Source of the DNA: an uncultured Chloroflexia bacterium
GTDB lineage: Bacteria > Chloroflexota > Anaerolineae > Promineifilales > Promineifilaceae
DNA length: 64,000 bases
Direction of reading: 5' to 3'
Assembly (NCBI GenBank): GCA_963749825.1
Contig: CAVVOI010000009.1
Span: forward strand, 569,362 to 633,361
Part shown: positions 18,893-28,459 of the stretch, in pieces
How positions within the stretch are numbered: the stretch's first letter is position 1
Layout: each line of letters starts with the position of its first letter
Notes under the pieces: model-generated
The model's input: only the letters and a program-made list of their open reading frames with translations
What the model was told of the DNA's origin: nothing
Databases searched by the model: none
Made by a program: the position numbers and the translations under genes

Positions 18893-19634
18893 GGCTCTCC
18901 TCCAAGGATCCCATCGCTAAATACTTACCATTACCATTGTTCACGTCGCGATCTAGGCAGCCATCTAACAAATGGAGGATACGATTGGTGCGTTCGCTCA
19001 AACTCTGATCGTGCGTCACAATCATTAACGTCTTGCCTTGAATGACGAACTCCTCAAATAGGGCAAAGACCTCGGCTGCGGTGGCCGTATCCAGGTTACC
19101 TGTGGGCTCGTCGGCAACAATTAATGGTGGATCGTTGGCTAATGCACGGGCGATGGCTGCCCGCTGTTGCTGCCCTCCACTGAGCTCGCTAGGTAACTTA
19201 TCCGCCTGATCGGCGATGGCTACTAATTCCAGCAGATGAATCGCCCGTTCTTTCCGCTGTCGCCTCCGGTACACCTTGCAGAAGTCCATCGGCAGCATCA
19301 CATTTTCTAATACCGTTAACGTCGGCAGCAATTGGAAAAACTGGAAGATGACGCCGACATAGCGGCCGCGCCAGCGAGCCAATTGGTTCTCGCTAAGTGA
19401 ATGGATCGCCTGCCCACCGACGCGCACTTCTCCGCCAGTCGGTCTATCAATGCCTGTGATCATGTTCAATAAGGTAGATTTGCCCGAGCCGGAAGGTCCA
19501 ACCACGCCGACCAACTCGCCAGGATACACCTGTAATGTAATGTCCTTGAGGACGGTCAAGTCTCCAGCCCCAGTGTGGTAGGTCTTGACCACATCATATA
19601 AGCTAATCATAGCGCCGTTGCTGTTGGTTTCCAT
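18861..19634 (-). CDS. ABC transporter ATP-binding protein (MacB/LolD-like)
   Basis: Walker [13 protein letters not shown] signature LSGGQQQR, Walker [14 protein letters not shown]-loop. A 32-nt overlap with the permease gene suggests an operon. Confidence 0.9.
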   Translation of the reverse strand: METNSNGAMISLYDVVKTYHTGAGDLTVLKDITLQVYPGELVGVVGPSGSGKSTLLNMITGIDRPTGGEVRVGGQAIHSLSENQLARWRGRYVGVIFQFFQLLPTLTVLENVMLPMDFCKVYRRRQRKERAIHLLELVAIADQADKLPSELSGGQQQRAAIARALANDPPLIVADEPTGNLDTATAAEVFALFEEFVIQGKTLMIVTHDQSLSERTNRILHLLDGCLDRDVNNGNGKYLAMGSLEESHEYDLAQSLA

Positions 19635-20055
19635 GGCTTAATTCCTCATCTGGACCCCAGGCTCTTGTAAAGCCACAACTCGATGGTCGATCTTTGATAT
19701 TCCATTTTCTATACGTGAAATATTGCCTTTTGGGCTCTCAAAAGCCCCGTAGTGTCAATCTGTTTACAGTTACGAAATAACTTTGGGCTATCAAACCTAA
19801 TAGGTCTCGTATCAGCTTAGAGCAATAACTCCCCAAATGCATCGTGCAAATGGGGAGTTTTAGCATTGGCCACGTGGCTGATTTGGTGAATACTACAAAG
19901 AAACCTGCAACCTCTCGTGACGGTAACTCAACACTAAACTGAGGCTGTTTAACATCATCTTTCAATCAGAGCTAACAGCTCTTTCGAAGGCCACCCCCGC
20001 TGCGGCGCGGTCTTCTCGATGGCTGTGGACGGTGTCCCCACCGCGCCACACTTGC

Positions 20056-20742
20056 TTATTGATTCCTCGGCCGGTACTGTAAGGCCTCAGCCAGGAAAGC
20101 CGTTTGAATTTCCTCTTCGGCCGCTAGATCGGCGATGGTGCGGGCGACTTTGAGGACGCGGTGAAAGGCGCGGGCGCTTAAGCCTAATTGAGCCATGGCG
20201 CTGCGCATCAACTGCCGTCCGGTGTCGTCCACCTGGCAATACTCTCGTACTTCGCTGGAGCCCATGTCGGCATTACAGAACAGTTCCGTGCCTTCGAAGC
20301 GCGCCAACTGCCGCTGGCGGGCAGCTTCAACGCGCTGGCGTATTTCGCTGGAAGGTTCTCCTCTGCGGTTGGAGGTCAATTTCTCGAATTCAACCCGCGG
20401 CACGTCGACATGAATGTCGATTCTATCCATGAGCGGGCCGGAAATTCGTTTCTGGTAGCGTGTGACCATGGCATTGGAACAGCTACAGGCGTGGGTAGGA
20501 TCGCCGTAATAGCCACATGGGCATGGATTTTGGGCGGCGACGAGCATGAAACTAGCCGGATAGGTGACCGTCCCTGTAGCGCGGGAAATGGAGACTTCCC
20601 GGGGATTGCCCTCCAATGGCTGGCGTAGCACCTCCAATAGTCGTTCCCCAAACTCGGGCAATTCGTCGAGGAACAGTACGCCTCGATGGGCTAGCGATAT
20701 CTCGCCCGGCCGGGGCCAGGCGCCGCCGCCCACTAGCCCGGC
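20056..20742 (-). repeat. Direct repeat partner (3' 690 bp of comM) of the fragment at 15194-15893
   Basis: See the comparison above. The copies are in direct orientation, about 4.9 kb apart. Confidence 0.8.
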
Positions 20743-21585
20743 GTAGCTGATGGTATGGTGGGGAGAGCGGAAAGGGCGGTGCCTGATGAGAGGCGTATCG
20801 GCCGGCAGTAGTTCGGCGACGCTATAGATCTTGGTTACTTCCAAGGCTTCGTCGATGGACATCCTGGGCAGGATGCCGGGTAGGGACTTGGTGATGAGCG
20901 TTTTGCCGGCGCCTGGCGGGCCAGAGAGCAGCGCGTTGTGGCCACCCGCAGCCGAGACTTCCATGGCTCGTTTGACATGTTCCTGGCCCATAATGTCGGC
21001 GAAATCGGCCGCGTATTGTAGGTCGAGATCAAAGGCTTCATCCAGGTCTATGGTCAACGGTTCGAGTTCTTTCATGCCGGTCAAATGGCCAACCATCTCC
21101 GCCAATGTAGAAACGGGCAATACTTCAATATCGGGCATCAGGGCAGCTTCGCCGGCATTCACGGCCGGGACTGCTACTCGCTGGTAGCCTTCTTGCCGGG
21201 CCATTGCCGCCATGGGCAAGATGCCCTTGGTGTGCCTGACCGCGCCATCTAGCGAAAGCTCGCCGACGACCAGGGTGCCTTCCAGTTTATCAGGCCAAAG
21301 TTGGCTCGAAGCAGCCAAAATGCCTAGGGCGATGGGTAAATCATAGGCCGGTCCTTCTTTGCGTAGATCGGCCGGGGCCAGATTGACGGTGATGCGTTTG
21401 TTGACCGGAAATGTGAGATCGCTATTGCGGATGGCGGCAAACACCCGATCGCGGCTCTCGCGCACACTGGCGTCGGGCAAGCCAACCAGCGTGAAAAAGG
21501 GTTGGCCGCTGGTTATGTCAACTTCAACCTCCACGAGTTGCGCTTCCAGGCCAACGATGGCGCAACTCATCACCTTAGCCAGCAT
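20056..21585 (-). CDS. comM: YifB/ComM family Mg-chelatase-like AAA+ ATPase (509 aa), intact
   Basis: An N-terminal Lon-like domain is followed by an AAA+ core (GPPGAGKT, LFLDELPEF) and a C-terminal ChlI-like region ending ...ALQYRPRNQ. Full-length, with no internal stops. Confidence 0.85.
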   Translation of the reverse strand: MLAKVMSCAIVGLEAQLVEVEVDITSGQPFFTLVGLPDASVRESRDRVFAAIRNSDLTFPVNKRITVNLAPADLRKEGPAYDLPIALGILAASSQLWPDKLEGTLVVGELSLDGAVRHTKGILPMAAMARQEGYQRVAVPAVNAGEAALMPDIEVLPVSTLAEMVGHLTGMKELEPLTIDLDEAFDLDLQYAADFADIMGQEHVKRAMEVSAAGGHNALLSGPPGAGKTLITKSLPGILPRMSIDEALEVTKIYSVAELLPADTPLIRHRPFRSPHHTISYAGLVGGGAWPRPGEISLAHRGVLFLDELPEFGERLLEVLRQPLEGNPREVSISRATGTVTYPASFMLVAAQNPCPCGYYGDPTHACSCSNAMVTRYQKRISGPLMDRIDIHVDVPRVEFEKLTSNRRGEPSSEIRQRVEAARQRQLARFEGTELFCNADMGSSEVREYCQVDDTGRQLMRSAMAQLGLSARAFHRVLKVARTIADLAAEEEIQTAFLAEALQYRPRNQ

Positions 21586-21746
21586 CGTGGGCTCCTTTCG
21601 GTCAATTGGACGAAATGATTACTTAAACCGGCACTTGTAATATGCTGACTACATTATAGCAGGAGGGACAAGGGAAAAGGAAATTGGTCGGCAAATCGAG
21701 TTGGTTTTCCGAAGGTCTATTGGCAAAGAGTCAGCCAAGTCTGCCT

Positions 21747-22898
21747 TTACGAACGGCGAAACCACCGCTTAATACGATCGTCCTCGAAACTTTTTTTGCC
21801 CTCACGCGATTCGGCCGAGGGTTGTACTAGCGCAACCCGAGGATTATCCTGGCCCAGGTAGTTGGCGCTGATTTCAGCTACGTTGCCATCGCCGAATTCC
21901 AGGTAACAAGTGCCGTTTGCTTCGAAGGTTGAGCGCCGGTCGATTGTGGTGATTTTATAGACGATATCCGCCACCACGACCTTGGCCGCATCTTCGGCAA
22001 AGGCGCCGGCTTTTGGCACAGCCAGCTCGCCAACCGGTATATGGGTAACGTCGCCTATGGCGTAAACGTTCTCGAATTCTGTAGCCAGGTTGTTTTTATT
22101 TACCCGCACCCAACCCTCTTTACCCAGGACCGAATCTCGAATAACCTGCGGTGGCCTGTGGATGGGTACGCCGATAAAAAGATCATAGGCCATCGGATCC
22201 TGGCCCGAAATCACGGCCTGCTTCTTGGCCGGATCGATGGCGGTTACTTTGTGTTTCGTCAGGAGTTCTATATCGCGTTCGGCAAATCGTTGTTTGACTT
22301 CCTCGGCCGCGCCAGGCGCCACCGGCAGGGGAACCGGGGCCGGAATCAACATCTTGATGGTTATTCTGTCGCGAATACCCTTGTCCCGGTAAAAATCGTG
22401 CAGCTGAAAAGCCGCCTCGTAAGGGGCAGGCGGGCATTTATATGGTTTGCCGAAGATACTGAGTAGTATCGTGCCTGAGGAAAAGTTGTCCAGAATCGGA
22501 TAGAGCCTGGCGGCTCCCGGTAAGGAGTAGAATTCATAGCCTCCCTCAACAAAACCCGGCGTAGCTTCCGGGGCCAGATCGGCGCCGAGAGCGACGATCA
22601 AGTAGTCGTAGGTAAAGGTTGTGCCCCGGGTCTTGACCTTTCTTGATACTGGATCGATTTGTTCGATGACATCCTGCACAAAGTTAATCCGGCCGTGGGC
22701 GAGATCTGTGTAGTAAGACTTAACCTGATCGGCCGTGCTCTTGCCAAACATGACCTCAAACTTCTTGAAGCCGATGATAAAATGATCGTTCTTATCGATC
22801 AGGGTGATTTGGCAAGTTTCGTCTAGCTGCTCACTCAGACTGACGGAGGCCTCGAGGCCACCAAATCCGGCGCCCAAGATCAATATCTCTTTGCCCAT
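21747..22898 (-). CDS. FAD-dependent pyridine nucleotide-disulfide oxidoreductase, sulfide:quinone oxidoreductase / NDH-2-like (383 aa)
   Basis: N-terminal dinucleotide-binding motif ILILGAGFGGLEA, a conserved KCPPAPYE block, and a second Cys near residue 335. The SQR-versus-NDH-2 assignment is tentative. Confidence 0.55.
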   Translation of the reverse strand: MGKEILILGAGFGGLEASVSLSEQLDETCQITLIDKNDHFIIGFKKFEVMFGKSTADQVKSYYTDLAHGRINFVQDVIEQIDPVSRKVKTRGTTFTYDYLIVALGADLAPEATPGFVEGGYEFYSLPGAARLYPILDNFSSGTILLSIFGKPYKCPPAPYEAAFQLHDFYRDKGIRDRITIKMLIPAPVPLPVAPGAAEEVKQRFAERDIELLTKHKVTAIDPAKKQAVISGQDPMAYDLFIGVPIHRPPQVIRDSVLGKEGWVRVNKNNLATEFENVYAIGDVTHIPVGELAVPKAGAFAEDAAKVVVADIVYKITTIDRRSTFEANGTCYLEFGDGNVAEISANYLGQDNPRVALVQPSAESREGKKSFEDDRIKRWFRRS

Positions 22899-23459
22899 GT
22901 GGTTAACTCCTTGGTTGTATAGTCCTTCTTCGCCTATGCCCGAAGAGTGAGGTGGAAAACGAATGCCGGAATAGCGACGTTAGCAAGTGTTAGGAGGATA
23001 TCCCATCTTCGAACCACCGTCGATAACTTCAACGCTGGCTAAGCGCTTCGGCGTTAAGGATACAAGCTACACTCTCGTTATGGAGCCGTTGGGAGAGATC
23101 ACTGCACAAGCATCCTAACGAGAGCGATTGTGATTAAACCGCCATTAATTCTGCGGCAATGATATTTGTCAGTGACAGTTTACTTCTGGGCAATTGAGCT
23201 CGACGGTTTACTCATCATTCCAATATGATTTGCGCAATTGCACCTGTAGCTTGGTTAATATACTTCTTGAAAAAAATGTGATAGGCTATTGTGTATAGAG
23301 TTTCATAAAACATCTCTCGACGGTGTTCGAAGACGAACGAGTATGCAACCCGGAGAGCCAGGAGCCAATCTCGATATGATGAGCCAAGGGGAGTTCCCAG
23401 AACGATAATCCCTTTCCTGCCTGGTTGCGCGCCAAAACAATATAAAAGGAGCGTAATAA

Positions 23460-24020
23460 ATGGACGAACGACGCAAGTTGGGAAAATGGCTGGCGGTTGT
23501 TGGCTTGCTTGGCCTGGCAATTGTAGTCCTTGTCATGGTTTTGCCGGCCGCGGCCTTAGGCGAAAAAGACTTCATTGGCGGTCTCGTTTACATTGACACT
23601 AACCTTAACGGGAAATGGGATGTGGGCGAGCCTGGATATGGTGGCTATGAAGGGGCCATCAAGGAAGTTGACGGCTGGGTGAATAGGTATATCGGGACGA
23701 CCGTTACCTTCACGGGAATAGGTAGCGGTCCTAAGGATCCATTGGTATTGGAGAGCGCGCCGTACCGCGAGCCGGAAAAACATGAAAAAGAAGGCCTTAC
23801 TTGCACCCCTCAAGACTTTAAGCAAGCGCTGGATGAAAATCGCGAAGCAGTAAGACCCTGCGAAGGGACTTTTGGGATGATTTCATATGCCGACGATGTT
23901 ACCTGGGAGGTCTCCATCGAAGTACCGGAGGGTTATGAACTGACCTCGGATCCCGTTCTTCGCTTCATGACAGGAGAATCTGTCCCGTTCTGCGACTTTG
24001 GCATAACGCCGGTTGAGTAA
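23460..24020 (+). CDS. Hypothetical secreted/membrane-anchored protein (186 aa)
   Basis: An N-terminal TM/signal segment LAVVGLLGLAIVVLVMVLPAAALG. Strong RBS AAAGGAG. No recognised domain. Confidence 0.5.
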   Translation: MDERRKLGKWLAVVGLLGLAIVVLVMVLPAAALGEKDFIGGLVYIDTNLNGKWDVGEPGYGGYEGAIKEVDGWVNRYIGTTVTFTGIGSGPKDPLVLESAPYREPEKHEKEGLTCTPQDFKQALDENREAVRPCEGTFGMISYADDVTWEVSIEVPEGYELTSDPVLRFMTGESVPFCDFGITPVE

Positions 24021-24102
24021 GTAGCTGCGAAGGATTACGAATTAACAGTAACGATTTTGGGCGTTCGTTAGATCACGCCAGTCGAGAGTGTGTGGGCGGG
24101 AT

Positions 24103-24140
24103 CGATAACTATCGATCCCGCTTCACTTTTTATGAGTCGA
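24103..24140 (+). terminator. Rho-independent terminator (gcgggatcgata-ac-tatcgatcccgc followed by ttcactttttat)
   Basis: A perfect 12-bp inverted repeat followed by a T-rich tract. Confidence 0.65.
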
Positions 24141-24286
24141 TAGCGGGTTCACTATTAATCTTTTGACTTTCTTATTCGGGAATGTAAGGAAGGGCACAGC
24201 TAGGGCGTGTTAGATTCCTTACTATAGTCATTGCAAGCAACCAATACCCTTCTCCTCCCTCCTTCTTACGGCACAACAAGAAGCGA

Positions 24287-24314
24287 TAAGGCCCCCGCCC
24301 GGGGGCCTTGTTGT
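24287..24314. terminator. GC-rich bidirectional terminator hairpin (aaggcccccgcccgggggcctt) between convergent genes
   Basis: A perfect palindrome flanked by A/T runs on both strands. Confidence 0.6.
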
Positions 24315-24387
24315 TCATATTGAGTGAAAACGCCAACCATTATTAGTCCGTCTGCCAGCCAGCGTCTTTTTTACAATTGACAAACGG

Positions 24388-24891
24388 TTATGGTTTGCTT
24401 TCAATCGTTGCCACTTCTTCCTCGGAAAGAATTGCGAAAGTTGCCGTAACGCTGGCCACTTGAATTTCAGCCTGGCTGACCCGGCATTGGGTCGTAATGG
24501 TCCGTGTACCGAAGTGAATCACTTCCGCTTCAGCAATGATTTGCCCAAATCTAACCGGTCCATGATACCGGATTTGCATATCTTGGGTCACAACACGAGG
24601 GCTGCCAAGGGCTGACAAAGCCGCTCCACCGCAAGCCGAATCGGCCAGAGAGAAGGTCACGCCACCATGGGCAATGCCGTGGGGATTTAACAGATGTTCT
24701 TTCACGTTCAAGGATACTTTGCAGCGGCCGTCGACGATTTCTAAAAATTCTAGACCCAGCACCTGAGCAAATGGTCCGGCATGAGAGGGGTTGTCGTGAA
24801 TAGACCGCAGCGCCGCCAGGGCAACGGTGCCCTGTTTAAAAGTCAAAGAATCGACAATAACATGTGACTGGGCAATGATATCTTCAATCAA
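24388..24891 (-). CDS. PaaI-family hotdog-fold thioesterase
   Basis: HGGVTFSLADSACG motif, ~165 aa, hotdog-fold pattern. Confidence 0.75.
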   Translation of the reverse strand: MIEDIIAQSHVIVDSLTFKQGTVALAALRSIHDNPSHAGPFAQVLGLEFLEIVDGRCKVSLNVKEHLLNPHGIAHGGVTFSLADSACGGAALSALGSPRVVTQDMQIRYHGPVRFGQIIAEAEVIHFGTRTITTQCRVSQAEIQVASVTATFAILSEEEVATIESKP

Positions 24892-25198
24892 TGTGTCCTG
24901 CCTTTCAAATTCGCTTGTTACTTCAACAGAATAATTCCGCTTCTACTCATCGTCGGGAAAAATCAGGAACTTTTCTCCACTGAAGGATGGGTATTGATTC
25001 TGAGTATACATAGAAAACGACAATAATGTGAATCGCAGAATTAAAGAAAATTGAGCAAATAACGCGAGTTGATAAATGGGTCATTTTATGACCGTTGGAC
25101 CACTTTACGTAAAGCACTTCCCATGCTATATTATTAGATGAAAGTTTCTGCGAAAATGCCTGAAAGGGGCCGCTCAGAACCAGATCGGAGGTGTAAAA

Positions 25199-26095
25199 AT
25201 GGCTTCGTACCGTCGCTCATTTAGTTTCCTGGCACTAATCATCATTTTGCTTCTGATTGTGACCGCCTGTGTGCGCCCATTCGGCCAGAGCGACGAAGAG
25301 GCTGCACAAGCAACCGCGGAGGCGGAAGTCACTGCCCAGGCTGAGATAGAGGACCAACAGGCAGAGCCTGCAGATGAGGATGCTGGCTCCACAGAAGCCG
25401 ATGAAGCGGTTAAGGAGCAGGATGAAGAAGCCGCGACCGCTGATGAAGATCAAGTAGAAGCCGATGAGGCTAGTTCTGAATCAGGTGAAGACCAAGAAGA
25501 AGCTGAGGAACAAACAGACGAGAACGCTGCCGGGTCAGAGGACAGCAGTTCAGAGACTGTGGACGAAAATGCGGCCGAAGACATTGATGCTGACTCTAGC
25601 GAAGAAGCAGCCGGCGAAGAATTGAGTGATGAAGATGCAGCGACCGATCAGGACTCATCGATGGACGCAGATTCCGACGTAGCAGAAACTGCTCCAGAGA
25701 CTGCTCCGGAGAGCGATGCTGGGGAAACAACCGCAACTACCCCTGTGCCTCTGCCGGCCGTTCATGTCGTATCAAAAGGGGAAAATCTTTTCCGCATCGG
25801 TCTCAGGTATGGGCTATCTTGGGTACCATTAGCGCGTTACAATAACATTCCAAATCCGGACCTTATTTATGTAGGTCAAAATATTCATATTCCAGGAGGA
25901 CAGGCACCTCCCGCTCAATCAAAGCCAGAATCTTCATCGTACACCAACTATGTGGTAAAGCACGGGGATACGCTGTTTAGAATAAGCCGAGCCTTTGGCG
26001 TCAGTCTGGAAGAGATTGTGGAAGCGAATGGCATTGTAAATCCCAGCCGCATCTATGCGGGACAGGTGCTAAAGATTCCCACCGGCACACTATAG
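25199..26095 (+). CDS. Secreted protein with a long acidic (Asp/Glu/Ala-rich) low-complexity region and two C-terminal LysM domains
   Basis: Signal peptide, then a ~160-aa E/D/A-rich tract, then two LysM repeats (HVVSKGENLFRIGLRYG...IYVGQNIHIP and YVVKHGDTLFRISRAFG...IYAGQVLKIP). Confidence 0.8.
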   Translation: MASYRRSFSFLALIIILLLIVTACVRPFGQSDEEAAQATAEAEVTAQAEIEDQQAEPADEDAGSTEADEAVKEQDEEAATADEDQVEADEASSESGEDQEEAEEQTDENAAGSEDSSSETVDENAAEDIDADSSEEAAGEELSDEDAATDQDSSMDADSDVAETAPETAPESDAGETTATTPVPLPAVHVVSKGENLFRIGLRYGLSWVPLARYNNIPNPDLIYVGQNIHIPGGQAPPAQSKPESSSYTNYVVKHGDTLFRISRAFGVSLEEIVEANGIVNPSRIYAGQVLKIPTGTL

Positions 26096-26106
26096 ACATT
26101 CTACCC

Positions 26107-27165
26107 ATGGTTTGGTCTGGCGTTCTAAATAAATATGGGAGCTATTTGCCGCTGGCGTCTGCAGCGCGGATTATCACGCTTAACGAGGGCAATACGCCTC
26201 TGGTTGAATCTAACCGGTTGGCGGAATTCGTCGCCCCGGGCGCCGGGCTAAAACTCTACTTCAAATTTGAAGGCCTGAACCCAACCGGATCATTCAAGGA
26301 TAGGGGCATGACGGCCGCCATCACCCAGGCCGTTTATGAACAGGCTCAAACCGTTATTTGCGCCAGTACCGGCAATACGGCCGCAAGCGCGGCTGCCTAT
26401 GCTGCAAGAGCCGGTCTTCGCTGCCTGGTCCTGGTGCCGGAAGGTAAAATCGCCTTGGGCAAACTCGCCGCATCCCTGGCATACGGGGCGGAAGTCATTT
26501 CCATCGACGGCTCTTTTGACGATGGTCTTGATATGGTTCGCGAGATCGTCAAACGTAAACCAATCGCTCTAGTCAATTCGGTGAATCCATGGCGACTTGA
26601 AGGGCAAAAGACAGGCGCCTTTGAAATATGTGACCAACTAGGCGGACTGGCGCCTGATTGGCATTGCTTACCTGTTGGCAATGCCGGCAATATCACGGCT
26701 TATTGGATGGGATACCAACAATACGACCAGGGATTACCGCGTTTGTTGGGCGCTCAAGCCAGCGGAGCAGCTCCTATCGTTAGCGGTCAGGTGGTAGCCA
26801 ATCCAGAGACTGTTGCCACGGCTATACGAATAGGCAATCCGGCGCGCTGGCGTGAAGCTGTTCAGGCTCTTGACGATTCCGGGGGAACCATTACGGCCGT
26901 CTCCGATGAGGAAATCCTAAATGCCTGGCGTTTATTAGCCAGGAAGGAAGGATTGTTCGTCGAACCGGCTTCGGCTTCGGGGTTAGCGGCGCTGATGAAG
27001 TTGATAAACAGTGGAGAAGTAGATCCCACCGGCAAACGAATCGTCATCGTCTTAACCGGGCATGGCTTGAAGGATCCTGGAATAGCTGTGCGTGAGGCGG
27101 CCGAACCACTCAAAATGCCGGCCGATATTAACGCTCTTGACGATTACCTGGGCCAAACTGCCTAA
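26107..27165 (+). CDS. thrC: Threonine synthase (PLP-dependent, short form)
   Basis: PLP-lysine motif FKFEGLNPTGSFKDRGM, GNTAASAAAYAARAG, length 352 aa. Confidence 0.85.
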   Translation: MVWSGVLNKYGSYLPLASAARIITLNEGNTPLVESNRLAEFVAPGAGLKLYFKFEGLNPTGSFKDRGMTAAITQAVYEQAQTVICASTGNTAASAAAYAARAGLRCLVLVPEGKIALGKLAASLAYGAEVISIDGSFDDGLDMVREIVKRKPIALVNSVNPWRLEGQKTGAFEICDQLGGLAPDWHCLPVGNAGNITAYWMGYQQYDQGLPRLLGAQASGAAPIVSGQVVANPETVATAIRIGNPARWREAVQALDDSGGTITAVSDEEILNAWRLLARKEGLFVEPASASGLAALMKLINSGEVDPTGKRIVIVLTGHGLKDPGIAVREAAEPLKMPADINALDDYLGQTA

Positions 27166-27319
27166 ATAGTTTGATCACCAAGCTCGTAAACCTGCCTGGA
27201 CCGTTTCTCAGACCCGAAGGGCTGCTCTCCTGACCGAATCACTCAAGCGGCGACCGGACATAGCTACTTCAAATATTTAGCGAAAAACCACTGAAGAGGC
27301 CCCACCTTGACAGCGGACA

Positions 27320-28141
27320 TTACTCGGAGATAACTAACAATTCCTCTAGCAACCAGCCACTGGCGCCATCCAACGTGCTAACTTCTTGCCACAATTGGCC
27401 GCCCTGATTCGCGTGTCCTGGAAGAATCAGCACGATTTCCTCATCACTGACGAGCACAAAATTTTGCCCGCCTGGTGATCGCTTGATCCATATCCTGCTT
27501 CCGCCGGTATCCACCACGGCCGTAGGCCCTGAAATTGGGGTCGGCGTCAAGGTGGGAGTTGGCGTTTCCGTCGGCAGCGGGGTGGAGGTTGGCGTTGCGG
27601 TATTGGCTCGGGTCGGTGTCGAAGTCGGTCCGGCAGGCGTCGCGGATGGTGTTGTGACCGGTGCTGTCAAGGTTGGTGAAATGGGTACGCCTACATCGGT
27701 GATTTCTAGCTCAGTATCCTCGGCCTTGGTTGGCGGGCCGTCAAAGGCGCCTGTTTCCGGCGTACCAGGCGTTATCGTGGGAGTGGGAGGTAGTTGTTGG
27801 GCTATCGTCGTTACACTGCTCCCTGCATCTGTTTCACTACCAGCGCCTGGTTCGATGCCAGCGCCTGGTGCTTCAACGAGCGAATTATCTCCCTCGGGGG
27901 CCTCTGTCTGTAAGGAACCAATAGGCACGCCGGCAAGAAAGAAGCCCATAGCCAATAGCAACAGAGCCAAGGCATAAGAAGTGAATGCCCTCACTCGCAG
28001 ATCGAGGCGCGCTCGACTCAGGCCTGATCGCTTTAGCAGTTGTGGCGATTGACCGAGTAGGGCTAACAACAGGGCTAACAACGCGCCAACGGCCGATAAG
28101 CCCATGCCCCATAAAGTCCAATCCGGAAAACCCATCGACAT
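27320..28141 (-). CDS. Membrane-anchored protein with a Pro/Thr-rich linker and a C-terminal SH3b-like domain, hypothetical
   Basis: Two N-terminal TM helices, a PT-rich tract (PTSTPTRANTATPTSTPLPTETPTPT), and an SH3-like C-terminus. Confidence 0.55.
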   Translation of the reverse strand: MSMGFPDWTLWGMGLSAVGALLALLLALLGQSPQLLKRSGLSRARLDLRVRAFTSYALALLLLAMGFFLAGVPIGSLQTEAPEGDNSLVEAPGAGIEPGAGSETDAGSSVTTIAQQLPPTPTITPGTPETGAFDGPPTKAEDTELEITDVGVPISPTLTAPVTTPSATPAGPTSTPTRANTATPTSTPLPTETPTPTLTPTPISGPTAVVDTGGSRIWIKRSPGGQNFVLVSDEEIVLILPGHANQGGQLWQEVSTLDGASGWLLEELLVISE

Positions 28142-28459
28142 GATTATTTACCAGTGTACTAGAGTACAATCAAAGAAGGCAACTTTCTTCATTGTGAAGT
28201 GTCCAAACCTGCTCTGTGCCTTGAGCCAGTTATGACGGTATAATTCAATCGTACAGGAGGTACCGTAATCGTCGATATTCCGATTAATGTAAACTTAATC
28301 GTTGATGAAACCCACACCTGATTCAATGACCCGCCTTTCCGGACTAACCACAGTTACACTAAAATATTGTCCAAAGACTATGCACGTGTTATTGGCCCGG
28401 AAAGCCGCGACTTCCATACCGGCGATACTTGCCAAACACTAGAAAGGGAGATTTTTTTG

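Noticed and set aside
19738-19965. 75-aa ORF on the minus strand between the ABC ATPase gene and comM
   Set aside because: No RBS, no domain, and it lies in a region with hairpin-forming sequence. Probably non-coding.
22900-23460. Possible structured RNA (inverted repeat actctcgtta...taacgagag near 23045-23120) and overlapping minus-strand ORFs 23215-23575
   Set aside because: I could not match it to any riboswitch or ncRNA consensus I know. The ORFs lack an RBS and a domain. It may simply be a 5' UTR or promoter region for the secreted protein gene.
28367-28459. N-terminal 31-codon extension of lpd in the ORF track (MSKDYARVIGPESRD...)
   Set aside because: The strong RBS and conserved Lpd N-terminus begin at the ATG at 28460. 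The extension has no homology and overlaps the likely promoter region.
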